From an uncultured Rhodospirillaceae bacterium (GTDB lineage: Bacteria; Pseudomonadota; Alphaproteobacteria; Rhodospirillales; Defluviicoccaceae), in assembly GCA_964454795.1 (NCBI GenBank), contig CAYVUM010000002.1, positions 2,030 through 66,029 of the forward strand: 64,000 nt of DNA, written 5' to 3'. The translations under genes and the position numbers were made by a program. Below the pieces are notes generated by a model. It saw nothing but the letters and a program-made list of their open reading frames with translations. It was not told the DNA's origin and searched no databases. Shown in pieces: positions 1 to 8,653 of the stretch; position 1 is the stretch's first letter; each line of letters opens with the position of its first letter.

Positions 1-1336
1 TCCCGTTCATCACCGCCGCCATGGCGTGCTCGCGCACACCGTAGTGGATGTAGCGCCCCGAGTAATCGCCCGGGCCGATCTCGGTCAGGTGCGACGTCTG
101 GGTGAAGCAGGATTCCGTCAGGTCGGCCGAGCCGCCGATGATCTCCGGGAACATCGAGGTGAGGATTTCCAGCGCCTGGCCTGAGGCCTTCCGGGTCGCC
201 CAGGTGGGCTTCTCGTCGGCAAGCTTGCGCTTGAACTCGTTGAGCGGCGCCTGCCAGCCGGGCGCCAGCCGCCCGGCGCTGGTCCGCCGGAACTCCGCCT
301 TGCGATCTTCGGCCAGCGCCTCGAAGCGCTGTTCCCAGGCCAGCCGCTCCGCCGCGCCGCGGCCGCCGGCGGTCCGCCACGCCTCGAGGATGTGGTCGGG
401 AATGTGGAACGGCGGATCGTGCCAGCCGATCGCCTCCCGGAACCGGGCAACCTCATCTTCGCCGAGGGGCGCGCCGTGGGCCGCTGAAGTTCCCTGTTTG
501 TTTGGTGCACCGCGACCGATGACGGTCCGGCAGGCGATCAGCGACGGCCGGTCGGAGCGGCGCGCCTTGACAATGGCGGCAGCCACGGCGTCCGGATCGT
601 CGCCGTCGACGGCGATGGCGTCCCAACCTGAGGCCTCGAACCGGGCCAGCTGGTTATCGCCGGTTGCCAGAGCCGTGGGCCCGTCGATGGAAATGCGGTT
701 GTCGTCCCAGAACACGATCAGCTTGTGCAGGCGCAGGTAGCCGGCCAGCGAGATCGTCTCATGGCTGAGCCCTTCCATCAGGCAGCCGTCGCCGACGATG
801 CAGTAAGTGAAGTGGTCGACAATGTCGTCGCCCCAGCGATGGTTGCGCAGCCGTTCAGCCAGGGCCATGCCGACCGCATTGCCAAGCCCCTGGGCGAGGG
901 GGCCGGTGGTCGTCTCAATGCCGCGGGCAACGCCGTATTCCGGGTGGCCCGGAGTGCGCGAGTGGAGCTGGCGGAAGCGGGTGATCTCTTCGAGGGTATA
1001 GTCTTCATAGCCGGTCAGGTAGAGCAGCGCATAGAGCAGCATCGAGCCATGGCCGGCGGAAAGAATGAACCGGTCGCGATCCTCCCACTCGGGATGGCAG
1101 GGATCGAACTTCAGAAACCGGGTCCACAGAACCGTCGCCACGTTGGCCATGCCCATCGGCAGGCCCGGATGCCCGGATTTCGCTTTCTGCACGGCGTCGG
1201 CAGCCAGGATGCGGATCGCGTCAACCATCTCCGCGTGGGTCGCCACCCGCCGGTCCTCGCTGACGTCCCGGGCGAACGGAACCCCCGCGGCTTCGATCCC
1301 CGGATCGTCGACCGGCGTTACGCTCACACCCGACAT
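1..1336 (-). CDS. tkt: transketolase (N-terminal ~445 aa; 3' end runs off the window)
   Basis: Reverse-strand translation from ATG (1336..1334) reads MSGVSVTPVDDPG...KSGHPGLPMGMANVATVLW...LSAGHGSMLLYALLYLTGY...GPLAQGLGNAVGMA...VGDGCLMEGLSHE, which are the transketolase TPP-binding motifs. An AAGGGAGAA SD lies upstream. It is missing from the ORF track because there is no stop in the window. Confidence 0.9.
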   Translation of the reverse strand, partial: MSGVSVTPVDDPGIEAAGVPFARDVSEDRRVATHAEMVDAIRILAADAVQKAKSGHPGLPMGMANVATVLWTRFLKFDPCHPEWEDRDRFILSAGHGSMLLYALLYLTGYEDYTLEEITRFRQLHSRTPGHPEYGVARGIETTTGPLAQGLGNAVGMALAERLRNHRWGDDIVDHFTYCIVGDGCLMEGLSHETISLAGYLRLHKLIVFWDDNRISIDGPTALATGDNQLARFEASGWDAIAVDGDDPDAVAAAIVKARRSDRPSLIACRTVIGRGAPNKQGTSAAHGAPLGEDEVARFREAIGWHDPPFHIPDHILEAWRTAGGRGAAERLAWEQRFEALAEDRKAEFRRTSAGRLAPGWQAPLNEFKRKLADEKPTWATRKASGQALEILTSMFPEIIGGSADLTESCFTQTSHLTEIGPGDYSGRYIHYGVREHAMAAVMNG

Positions 1337-1349
1337 CGATTTTCTCCCT

Positions 1350-2282
1350 TCAGCTGACATGCTGGTCCAGCGCTGCCGTCAGCAGATAATGGGTAATGAG
1401 GAGTTGCGACAGCGCCAGAGGCGGGCTGTGTTGTTCGCTGCCGCTGCGGTTGGTGAACTGACCGATCTCCGCGTGACTGCGGGTCTCGCCCGGGATCATC
1501 TGCCAGAGCGCTTCCTCCAGGGCTGCCGCCTGATCGGCTGCCAGGCCGCCCGAGACATGGAGGATGTCCACCGGCCGGCCGTCGACGTCGCGCGCCAGTT
1601 CGAGAACCAGCCCCCCGTCCCGTCCCGCCTCCAGCAGCGGCGTGAGATCAAGATGCGGGAGGGTCGGGCGCAGGATGTGGGCACAGTTCAGGTTCGCGTC
1701 GGCCACCTCCGGGTTGCGGTCGGGCGCATAGAAACTAACGACCATGTCGGCATGGCGCCGCTGGGGGATCACGTACCGCTCGCTGTCGGCCCGGAGCCGC
1801 TCAATGGTTGCCTGAAACTCCGCCGCGGTGTAGCCGCTCCGCCCGGTGTCACGCTGGAGCTTCCAGCGCAGTCGCACCGCCTCCTGCGGCTCCAGATAGA
1901 GTTTCACATCATAAACGTCGAGGAGTGCCGGGATCGCGTAGCCGAGCAGACCCTCGAGGACGATGAACGGTTTCGGCTCCACATACTCGGGCGGTTCGAG
2001 CACCCCGCCGTTGTGGTTGTAGACGGGCTTGAGGATTGGCTGGCCCTCGCGCAGCAGGGTGATGTGCTGCTCGAGGATGTCCATGTAATTGCAGGCGGGA
2101 TCGTGGGGGGTCAGCCCGTTGATCGCCCGCTGTGTGCGGTCATAGCGGTGATAATCATCGATGCAGATGTTGAGGGTGCGCTCGCGGCCGAGAACCTCGG
2201 CGATGCCGCGGGCGAGGGTCGTTTTGCCGGCGCCCGAATCGCCGACTATGCCGATGATGACGGGGTGCTGGTTGTGATTCAT
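1350..2282 (-). CDS. prk: phosphoribulokinase
   Basis: MNHNQHPVIIGIVGDSGAGKTTLARG (P-loop), then ...ICIDDYHRYDR...KPFIVLEGLLG, the PRK/uridine-kinase family. The track ORF 1350..2561 was trimmed to ATG 2282 because the first 93 aa are Arg/Pro-rich junk. It ends 13 nt upstream of tkt, giving cbbP-cbbT order. Confidence 0.92.
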   Translation of the reverse strand: MNHNQHPVIIGIVGDSGAGKTTLARGIAEVLGRERTLNICIDDYHRYDRTQRAINGLTPHDPACNYMDILEQHITLLREGQPILKPVYNHNGGVLEPPEYVEPKPFIVLEGLLGYAIPALLDVYDVKLYLEPQEAVRLRWKLQRDTGRSGYTAAEFQATIERLRADSERYVIPQRRHADMVVSFYAPDRNPEVADANLNCAHILRPTLPHLDLTPLLEAGRDGGLVLELARDVDGRPVDILHVSGGLAADQAAALEEALWQMIPGETRSHAEIGQFTNRSGSEQHSPPLALSQLLITHYLLTAALDQHVS

Positions 2283-2732
2283 GGCCCGATGTTTCAGCCG
2301 ATTCGTCGCCGCGGTGGTGGTTCCCGCACCGACGGCCGACCCGGGTGGGGTCGCGGCCGGCGCATTCCGGCGCCCCTCATCAAAGCGCCCGGTGTTCCGG
2401 CGCCGCGTTCGTTCCGTCCCCGCCCTGTCTCGCCCCCGCGCCGCCGGGCCCCATGCCGGTCTCACCGAGGCCGCAGGGTCCGCCGGCGAACAGGTCTGGG
2501 CACGAAATAAAGTGGACGACGCGCCGGTCGCGCGTCGCCGTGATGGGCGCCCGCTGTTCACGGCGGGAGAAAACCGCCGCGGACCCGCAGAGTCAAGGAG
2601 CTATCCGCCGCGATCCTCACGCTTTGCGCCCGTTGCGGTCACGAAACCTTAACCCGGCAAGCCCAGACTCGTGCATCCGCTGGCTGCGGTCTTCACAAAC
2701 CGCGGCACGACCTCTGTGATGGGCCGCCGCCG

Positions 2733-3371
2733 ATGACCTTCATGCCATGGACTGAAGCGCACGCCAGTCAGATCGAGTTCTTCGACGCCGACCACAAGGC
2801 CCTTTACGACTGCTTGAACAGCCTCCACACCACCGCCGCCGGCGGCGATCCGGACGCGATTCGCCGCCGGCTCGACTGGCTCAGCGCGCGCATCGAGGAC
2901 CACTTCGAGCGCGAACAGCTGCTGATGGAGCGGTCGCGCTACCCCCACACCCGGGCCCATCTGGATGAGCACCGGGACTTTCTGCGAACGATCCACGCCA
3001 TCCGCCGCCTCTATACCGAGCGGCCTCAGCGCGTCGAACTCGCCAAGGTGGCCACATTCCTCAAATCGGCGATCGGCAACCACGTGCTGCGCAGCGATGC
3101 CGTCCTCGTCGCCTATCTCAAGGGCGGCGGCTGCGGGCCGGCGATGCTGGACCCGGACTCGGAGGACGCCCCGCCGGCCCGGGATCGCGACAGTGAACTG
3201 GTATCGGTGATGGTGCGGGTGCCGGCGCACCGGGTCGACGCCATTCGCGGCTGCGGCCGGCTGCTCCGTCAGGGCGGGCCGGAGGCGGAGCAGATCTGTG
3301 CCATGGCCGCGCCACTGACGACGATGTCGGTGGACGAGGCCGCGAGTATCACCGCCGCGGCAACCCGCTGA
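2733..3371 (+). CDS. hemerythrin-like metal-binding domain protein with ~80-aa C-terminal extension
   Basis: The N-terminus FMPWTEAHASQIEFFDADHKALYDCLNSL...IEDHFEREQLLM...HLDEHRDFL matches the bacteriohemerythrin W..(I)D..H / H...E / H..H pattern. Divergent from prk. Confidence 0.75.
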   Translation: MTFMPWTEAHASQIEFFDADHKALYDCLNSLHTTAAGGDPDAIRRRLDWLSARIEDHFEREQLLMERSRYPHTRAHLDEHRDFLRTIHAIRRLYTERPQRVELAKVATFLKSAIGNHVLRSDAVLVAYLKGGGCGPAMLDPDSEDAPPARDRDSELVSVMVRVPAHRVDAIRGCGRLLRQGGPEAEQICAMAAPLTTMSVDEAASITAAATR

Positions 3372-3454
3372 CCGCGGCTCGCGCCGCGAAGGCCCGCTGA
3401 CCGCGGCTCGCGCCGCGAAGGCCCGCTGACCGCGGCTCGCGCCGCGAAGGCCCG
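3364..3454. repeat. perfect 29-bp tandem direct repeat, 3 full copies plus 4 nt (unit cccgctgaccgcggctcgcgccgcgaagg)
   Basis: Read directly: units at 3364-3392, 3393-3421 and 3422-3450 are identical. Each contains a small palindrome gcggc-tcgc-gccgc. The first unit contains the TGA stop of the hemerythrin-like gene. Confidence 0.95.
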
Positions 3455-3463
3455 GACCACCGC

Positions 3464-4813
3464 TTAGTCCTCATCGCGGCCGATTAACCCCCGGGCGTGG
3501 CGCACCCCGAACCAGACCAGCCCGACGACCACCGGGATCGCCAGACCGGTCACCAGATCGACGTCGAGGGCGACCCCGCCGGCCTTGATCGCCTTGGCCG
3601 CGTAGGCGATGAGGCCGAGCACGTAATAGCTGATCGCCGCTGCCGAGAGGCCCTCGACGGTCGCCTGCAGGCGCAGCTGCAGCTGCGCCCGCCGGTTGAT
3701 CGCCTCGAGGAGTTGCTGGTTCTGGGCTTCCAGCGCCACGTCGACCCGGGTGCGGAGCAGCGTGCTCGCCCGGGCGACCCGGTGGGCAAGACCGTCGATC
3801 CGGGCTGCCGTCGCTTCGCAGGTGCGGATCGCCGGCCAGAGCCGCCGGTCCAGAAAGATGCTGAGTCGCTCATAGCCCCCGGCCCGCTCCTCCCGAAGTT
3901 CGCTCAGCCGCGAGCGGACGATCGCCGCGTAGGCCTCGGAGGCGCTGAACCGGTAGCTCGTCGCAGCAGCGATCCGCTCCACTTCGCCGGCGAGTGCGGT
4001 GATCGCGTCGAGCAGCGCCCGCTCGTCGACCACATCCTCGAGCCGACCGAGCCGCTCGGAAAGATCGCCAAGCGCCTTCTCCACCTGGCCGAGCCTGGGC
4101 GCCATCGCCTGGGCCAGCGGCAGGCCGAGCACCGCCATCTGGGTGTAGGTGTTGATCTCCAGCAGCCGCTGGATCGACCGGCCGGCCCGACGGTCAGAAA
4201 TGCCGCGGTCGCGAAGCAGAAAGCGGGTAAAGCCGTCGTCATCGGGGCGGAGATCAGTGAAGTATTCAGCCGAGCCGCCGGCGATGACGCTGCCCAGCAC
4301 GGTATGGTGGTTGAACAGCCGCGACAGCGCCTCCGGGTCCCGCTCCGGCGCATTGGCGGCATCGAAGGCAAGATGGGCAGCAACCAGCACTTCCCCGGGA
4401 ATGGCATCACGCCACTCGCGGGGGACGAGGTTGATCACCGGATCGGCGAACGGATCGGCGAACGGCCCCGGACGGATAAAGGTGTAGGTGCAGAACTCGG
4501 TGTGACGTTCCCAGCGCAGCTTGAACGGCCCGAAGTCCTGGATGAAGTGCTTGGCACCCTCCGCAGGCGGCGCGACGTCGTAGCGGCCGCAGAGGTGCTT
4601 GAAATGCTCCCGCTCCCGCTCCGGAACGGTGGCGCCGGCGGGCTCACCGGTGATGAGCGCCAGGTAGGACAGCCGCAGCGGCGCCGTCGCCGGATCGTAA
4701 GGCCGGGAGTGGACCTCGTTGACCACCGCCGCGCGCAGCGGATGCGCCGGTCCGAACAGGGCCGATGCAGGCGACCGGTTGGAAAGCGAAGGCGGCTGGT
4801 CGGCTGGGATCAC
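3464..4813 (-). CDS. DUF3422 family membrane-anchored protein
   Basis: 449-aa ORF with HSRP...LRWERHTEF...LLEINTYTQMAVLGLPLA...RFSASEAYAAIV and two C-terminal TM helices, which is the typical DUF3422 layout. Confidence 0.8.
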   Translation of the reverse strand: MIPADQPPSLSNRSPASALFGPAHPLRAAVVNEVHSRPYDPATAPLRLSYLALITGEPAGATVPEREREHFKHLCGRYDVAPPAEGAKHFIQDFGPFKLRWERHTEFCTYTFIRPGPFADPFADPVINLVPREWRDAIPGEVLVAAHLAFDAANAPERDPEALSRLFNHHTVLGSVIAGGSAEYFTDLRPDDDGFTRFLLRDRGISDRRAGRSIQRLLEINTYTQMAVLGLPLAQAMAPRLGQVEKALGDLSERLGRLEDVVDERALLDAITALAGEVERIAAATSYRFSASEAYAAIVRSRLSELREERAGGYERLSIFLDRRLWPAIRTCEATAARIDGLAHRVARASTLLRTRVDVALEAQNQQLLEAINRRAQLQLRLQATVEGLSAAAISYYVLGLIAYAAKAIKAGGVALDVDLVTGLAIPVVVGLVWFGVRHARGLIGRDED

Positions 4814-5163
4814 GGCTGACGGCGGGCCGGTTGCGAGGCGACGAAGAACTCTGATCCCTGCCCCCGGAACACGATCAACGGATGGACGACCGAAGCCGGG
4901 GCGACCGGGGATATTCCTGGATCCCGACCCTGACAGGCAGAACAGCGGCGAGGCGGCCGAACCGCTGTGCGCGATGGCACCCGCACTGGACCGGAAGCGG
5001 ACTGCTGATCATAGCCCGAGCGCGCGGCCGATCACAACCTGCCGGGCGAAACCTGGGTGCGGAGGCGGGATCAATCCGCCGGCTGGCCGTCGGCCGGAAC
5101 CGGCGCGACCCGCATTCCGGCGGCGACGGCGATCCGGCCGCTGCGTCGGTGGGCGTTTCGGCA

Positions 5164-7122
5164 TCAGACGGCGAAGCAGGAGCAGCCGAGGGCGCCCCAG
5201 AAGGACTTGAGGTCGCGCACCGGAATCGGCTTGTTCCAGGCGATCCCGTGGTCGTGGCCGTGGACGGCGCAGCGATTCGTGCAACCGTCGTGGCAACTGC
5301 GCGCCTGCTGCAGCGGCGCCGTCGCCGCCGCTGTCCGCATGGCCGGCGTGTCGAAGCTGCCGACCGGCGTCCAGGACGGGCTTGCCGGCGGCAACGGCGG
5401 ATCAAGATCGGCGAAGGCACCGGCAGCATGGACGATCCTGCCGCCCACAATCGTCAGCAGCGAGGCGATGCGGCGGATGTCTTCCGCACGGACCGTAAAG
5501 AAATCATCGGACAGCACGGCGAGGTCGGCGTACTGGCCGACCGCCAGCGTGCCTTTGCGGTCCTGCTCGCCGGAGAACCAGGCCGAGCCCGCAGTCCACA
5601 GCCGCAGCGCCGTCTCCCGGTCGAGCGTACTGGCCTCGGGGTAGAGCCTCAGCCCGCCGAGGGTCCTGCCGGTGGTGATCCAGTAGAGCGCAACCCAGGG
5701 GTCGTAGGAGGACACCCGGGTGGCGTCCGTCCCCATGCCGACGGGCAGGTCGGCCGCCAACATCTGTTTGACCGGGGGCGTGCGCGCCGCGGCCCGGGCG
5801 CCATAGCGCTCCACGAAGTACTCGCCCTGAAACGCCATGCGATGCTGAACAGCGATGCCGCCGCCGAGCGTCTTGACCCGCTCGATGTTGCGCTCGCTGA
5901 TCGTCTCGGCGTGATCGATGATGAAGCGGGTCTCGAACGGCTGGCGGCCATTGACCCGCTCGAAGACCGACAGGAACCGGTCGATGCTCTCATCGTAGGT
6001 CGCATGGATCCGGAACGGCCACTTGTTGGCGGCGAGAAGCTCGACGATCGGTTCGAGCTCGGCTTCCATCACTGGCGCGAGATCGGGCCGCGGCTCCAGG
6101 AAATTCTCAAAATCGGCCGCCGACCAGGTGAGGTTCTCGCCGCCGCCGTTCATGCGCAGCATCGCATCGCCCGCCCCGGGCGTCGTCATCGCCAGCCAGC
6201 GTTCATAATCGGACAACTCCGAGCCGGGCTTTTGCGCGAACAGGTTATAGGCGATGCGAACGGTCAACTGGTCGGCTTCGTGGAGCCGCTGGATGACGTC
6301 ATAGTCTTCCGGATAGTTCTGGCCGCCGCCGCCGGCATCGATCACCGAAGTGATCCCGAGGCGGTTCATCTCGCGCATGTAGTGGCGGGTGGAGTTGATC
6401 TGGTCTTCGAGCGGGAGCTTCGGCCCCTGCGCCAGGGTCGAATACAGAATGAACGCCGAGGGTGTTGCCAGAAGAAGGCCTTTGGGTAAGCCGCTGGCAG
6501 TGCGCTCGATGGTCCCACCCGGCGGATCCGGCGTGTCGCGGGTGATGCCGAGCGCCGCAAGCGCTGCCCGGTTCAGCAATGCCCGGCCGTAGAGGTGGAG
6601 GATGAACACCGGCGTGTTCGCCGAGACGGCGTTGATCTCGTCCAGGGTCGGCATCCGCCGCTCGGCGAACTGGAACTCCGACCATCCGCCAACCACCCGA
6701 ACCCACTGCGGCGGCGGCGTCCGGTCGGCCTGCCGCTTCAGCATTCGCAGCGCATCGGCCAGCGACGGCGCCCCCTCCCAGCGCAACTCCATGTTGTAAT
6801 TGAGGCCGCCGCGGATCAGGTGGGTGTGGCTGTCGTTCAGGCCGGGAATGACCCGGCGGCCACCGAGGTCGACGCTCCGGGTGTCCTCGCCGGCCAGCCG
6901 CAGGACGTCCGGCTCCGTGCCGATGGCGGCGATCAGCCCGTCGCGGATGGCGATCGCCGCGGCTTCGGGACGGCTCCGGTCGAGGGTGGTGATGCGGCCA
7001 TTGCGGAGCACGAGGTCGGCGGCATCGGCCATGGTCTGGCTTCCGGCAGGGCTGGACCCGAGGAACGGCAGCGCGGTCGTCACTGCCATACCCCTGACGA
7101 AATCGCGGCGGCGGATCGGCAT
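5164..7122 (-). CDS. Tat-exported amidohydrolase-3 family metal-dependent hydrolase
   Basis: MPIRRRDFVRGMAVTTALPFLG is a twin-arginine signal. GLNDSHTHLIRGG is the HxH metal site, followed by ...IIDHAETI...GTDATRV. The track ORF was trimmed from 7206 to ATG 7122. Confidence 0.85.
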   Translation of the reverse strand: MPIRRRDFVRGMAVTTALPFLGSSPAGSQTMADAADLVLRNGRITTLDRSRPEAAAIAIRDGLIAAIGTEPDVLRLAGEDTRSVDLGGRRVIPGLNDSHTHLIRGGLNYNMELRWEGAPSLADALRMLKRQADRTPPPQWVRVVGGWSEFQFAERRMPTLDEINAVSANTPVFILHLYGRALLNRAALAALGITRDTPDPPGGTIERTASGLPKGLLLATPSAFILYSTLAQGPKLPLEDQINSTRHYMREMNRLGITSVIDAGGGGQNYPEDYDVIQRLHEADQLTVRIAYNLFAQKPGSELSDYERWLAMTTPGAGDAMLRMNGGGENLTWSAADFENFLEPRPDLAPVMEAELEPIVELLAANKWPFRIHATYDESIDRFLSVFERVNGRQPFETRFIIDHAETISERNIERVKTLGGGIAVQHRMAFQGEYFVERYGARAAARTPPVKQMLAADLPVGMGTDATRVSSYDPWVALYWITTGRTLGGLRLYPEASTLDRETALRLWTAGSAWFSGEQDRKGTLAVGQYADLAVLSDDFFTVRAEDIRRIASLLTIVGGRIVHAAGAFADLDPPLPPASPSWTPVGSFDTPAMRTAAATAPLQQARSCHDGCTNRCAVHGHDHGIAWNKPIPVRDLKSFWGALGCSCFAV

Positions 7123-7386
7123 GGTGCGGTCCTCTTCACGGCAAGACACGGGCGAACGCCAAGAGTCTGGCACAAGCGTCTGGCGAATGGCGAGCGGCGA
7201 GGCCACCCGGCGTCGGCTCCGGTCGCGGGACTATTCAGCCGCCCGAGAAGCCGACCCGCTCACCGGCTCCAGCCGGCCGCCGAGGCTGACCCGCTCACCG
7301 GCTTTGTGGACCATGGTGCCGGCGTCGTCGACCTCCATGCCGCAGGCGCCCGAGTGCTCCCTGACGATGCCAATCACGGCGTCCTA

Positions 7387-7505
7387 GCGGTTCGATGCTG
7401 ACGGATGGGTCCCATCCGTCAGCTGAATCGAACAACAGGATGAGGAGCTTAGCCGATCGACCGATCCTTCGCTTGGGAACCAGGCGGAGGATCCGATCCA
7501 CTGGC
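7387..7505 (+). repeat. copy A of a ~118-bp structured intergenic repeat (REP/MITE-like)
   Basis: About 85-90% identical (by eye) to the reverse complement of 12629-12745, and similar to 10787-10900. It contains a perfect 12-bp stem / 3-nt loop (7397-7423, gctgacggatgg-gtc-ccatccgtcagc) and a second imperfect hairpin (gatccttcgc...gcggaggatc). Confidence 0.85.
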
Positions 7506-8225
7506 TCAGGCCCGGCTCGCGACCTCGGCCACCCGGGCGCAAAGCGTGAGCTTTCGGCTCAATCAATATATTCCTTAGCGAAATGTTGCCAAAAACAGAC
7601 AAATAGTATATCCATGTTAATGTGATGCTGTGACAGGGCCCTAGTTTTAACGGCGCATGCGCTGTCCCGTGGGGACGACGTTGCGTCGTGTGCGGGGGGT
7701 CACGATGAAGTTTGCCGTGACTGGCAAGATTGAGTCGGCCAAGGCTACTCCTCTATGCAGCCGCTTTCGACGCAGGCTCCGCAAATCGAGGGCTGCGCAG
7801 AAGCCGGTTGGAGGACCGGGGCTGTACTTGCGCGACAGGGCGACTCCCCCTGCGGACGCATGCCAGCGCTCCTGCCATCCTGATCGATGCCGAGCGGATG
7901 CCGCTGCGCCGATCGTCGCCCGGCGTCAGGAGCCTTGCCCAGTCACCCAAGTGCCCCGGCAAGCCGATCGCAACCACGCCCATCCGGTGGTGACAGCCGT
8001 CTGGCCATGCCGCGCGGCCGGCAACCAAGCCGTATTGGAGCGCCGCGGTGCCCGGGACAAGCCGGTGCCGCATCGAACGCCGCGGGGACACCCAGTTGAG
8101 GTCCGGCACCGGCCGGCTCATCGCCGCGGCTGGCGGCTGCCGGCTGGCGGGCCGCCCTCGCCTGTCGTCGGCCGTCACGACGCGTTGATCATAACTGTCG
8201 ACCCTGAGGACTGAGGAGGATCGCC

Positions 8226-8606
8226 ATGGAATTCCATGACTGGAAGCAAAATCTGGTTGCGGAGGTGGAGGACGCGGCCGCCCGGTGCGGCGAACGGGCG
8301 CTTGCCGACCGCCATGATCCCCGAAATGAAACCGCCCAACAGGTTCTCGCCCGACTGGCAAGCGAGCTCAAAACGCTGCCGGCCGATCATCAGGGTCTGA
8401 CCGCTCTCTACAAAGAGGAGCAGGAATTCGCCAATCTGGCGAGGCCGGAGGCCGGGGAGCCGGAACACCGGTATCGCGATGCCAAAGAGGCGATCCTCAG
8501 GTCCATTGGCTACGAGAATGAGCCTTTTGAGACGGCAGACCAGTTCCTTGAGGTCCTTCGCAATGTCGCCGACGAAACCATCACCGAGTACCGCTATCGG
8601 CCGTAA
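8226..8606 (+). CDS. hypothetical acidic protein (126 aa)
   Basis: Strong SD (GAGGAGGA) 6 nt before the ATG. The composition is protein-like (MEFHDWKQNLVAEVEDAAARCG...ETADQFLEVLRNVADETITEY). I recognise no family. Confidence 0.6.
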   Translation: MEFHDWKQNLVAEVEDAAARCGERALADRHDPRNETAQQVLARLASELKTLPADHQGLTALYKEEQEFANLARPEAGEPEHRYRDAKEAILRSIGYENEPFETADQFLEVLRNVADETITEYRYRP

Positions 8607-8653
8607 GACCGTCAGCGGCGCGGGAAAGCCGGGCCCTTTCTTGGACCGTAGCC

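Noticed and set aside
1065-2510. Plus-strand 481-aa ORF, plus similar long ORFs at 11105..12622, 12633..14015, 18511..19620, 21708..23000, 24737..25723, 28545..30056, 43554..44999, 45385..46656, 49051..50826, 54448..55626 and 57897..59591
   Set aside because: Each is the antisense partner of a gene with clear family signatures (prk/tkt, FHA-SLT, hydrolase/ABC, RND, MFP, KtrB, NfeD, glmS, glmU, metG, MltB-like, hybrid kinase). All have the Arg/Gly/Pro/His-rich composition of GC-rich non-coding frames.
1350-2561. Long N-terminal extensions offered by the ORF track (prk, amidohydrolase, FHA-SLT, 31034..32128, pheS, glmS, metG, rlpA, MltB-like, pcm, rpmI, infC)
   Set aside because: The extensions are Arg/Pro-rich, precede the conserved family N-termini and often overlap neighbouring genes or repeats. 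Internal ATGs with SD sequences, and/or ATGA/GTGA coupling, give family-typical lengths.
3364-3454. Possible CRISPR array (29-bp repeats)
   Set aside because: The units are directly abutting with no spacers, there are only three copies, and no cas genes are present. It is a simple tandem repeat.
3497-6489. Plus-strand ORFs 3497..4819 (440 aa) and 4882..6489 (535 aa)
   Set aside because: They are antisense to the DUF3422 and amidohydrolase genes, with Arg/Pro/Gly-rich low-complexity translations.
7657-8214. 185-aa plus-strand ORF (and 7730..7993) in the gap upstream of the orphan acidic protein
   Set aside because: The translation is dominated by R/P/A/C with no secondary-structure-like periodicity. 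Third-position GC does not favour this frame. It is kept only as part of the 'unexplained gap' finding.
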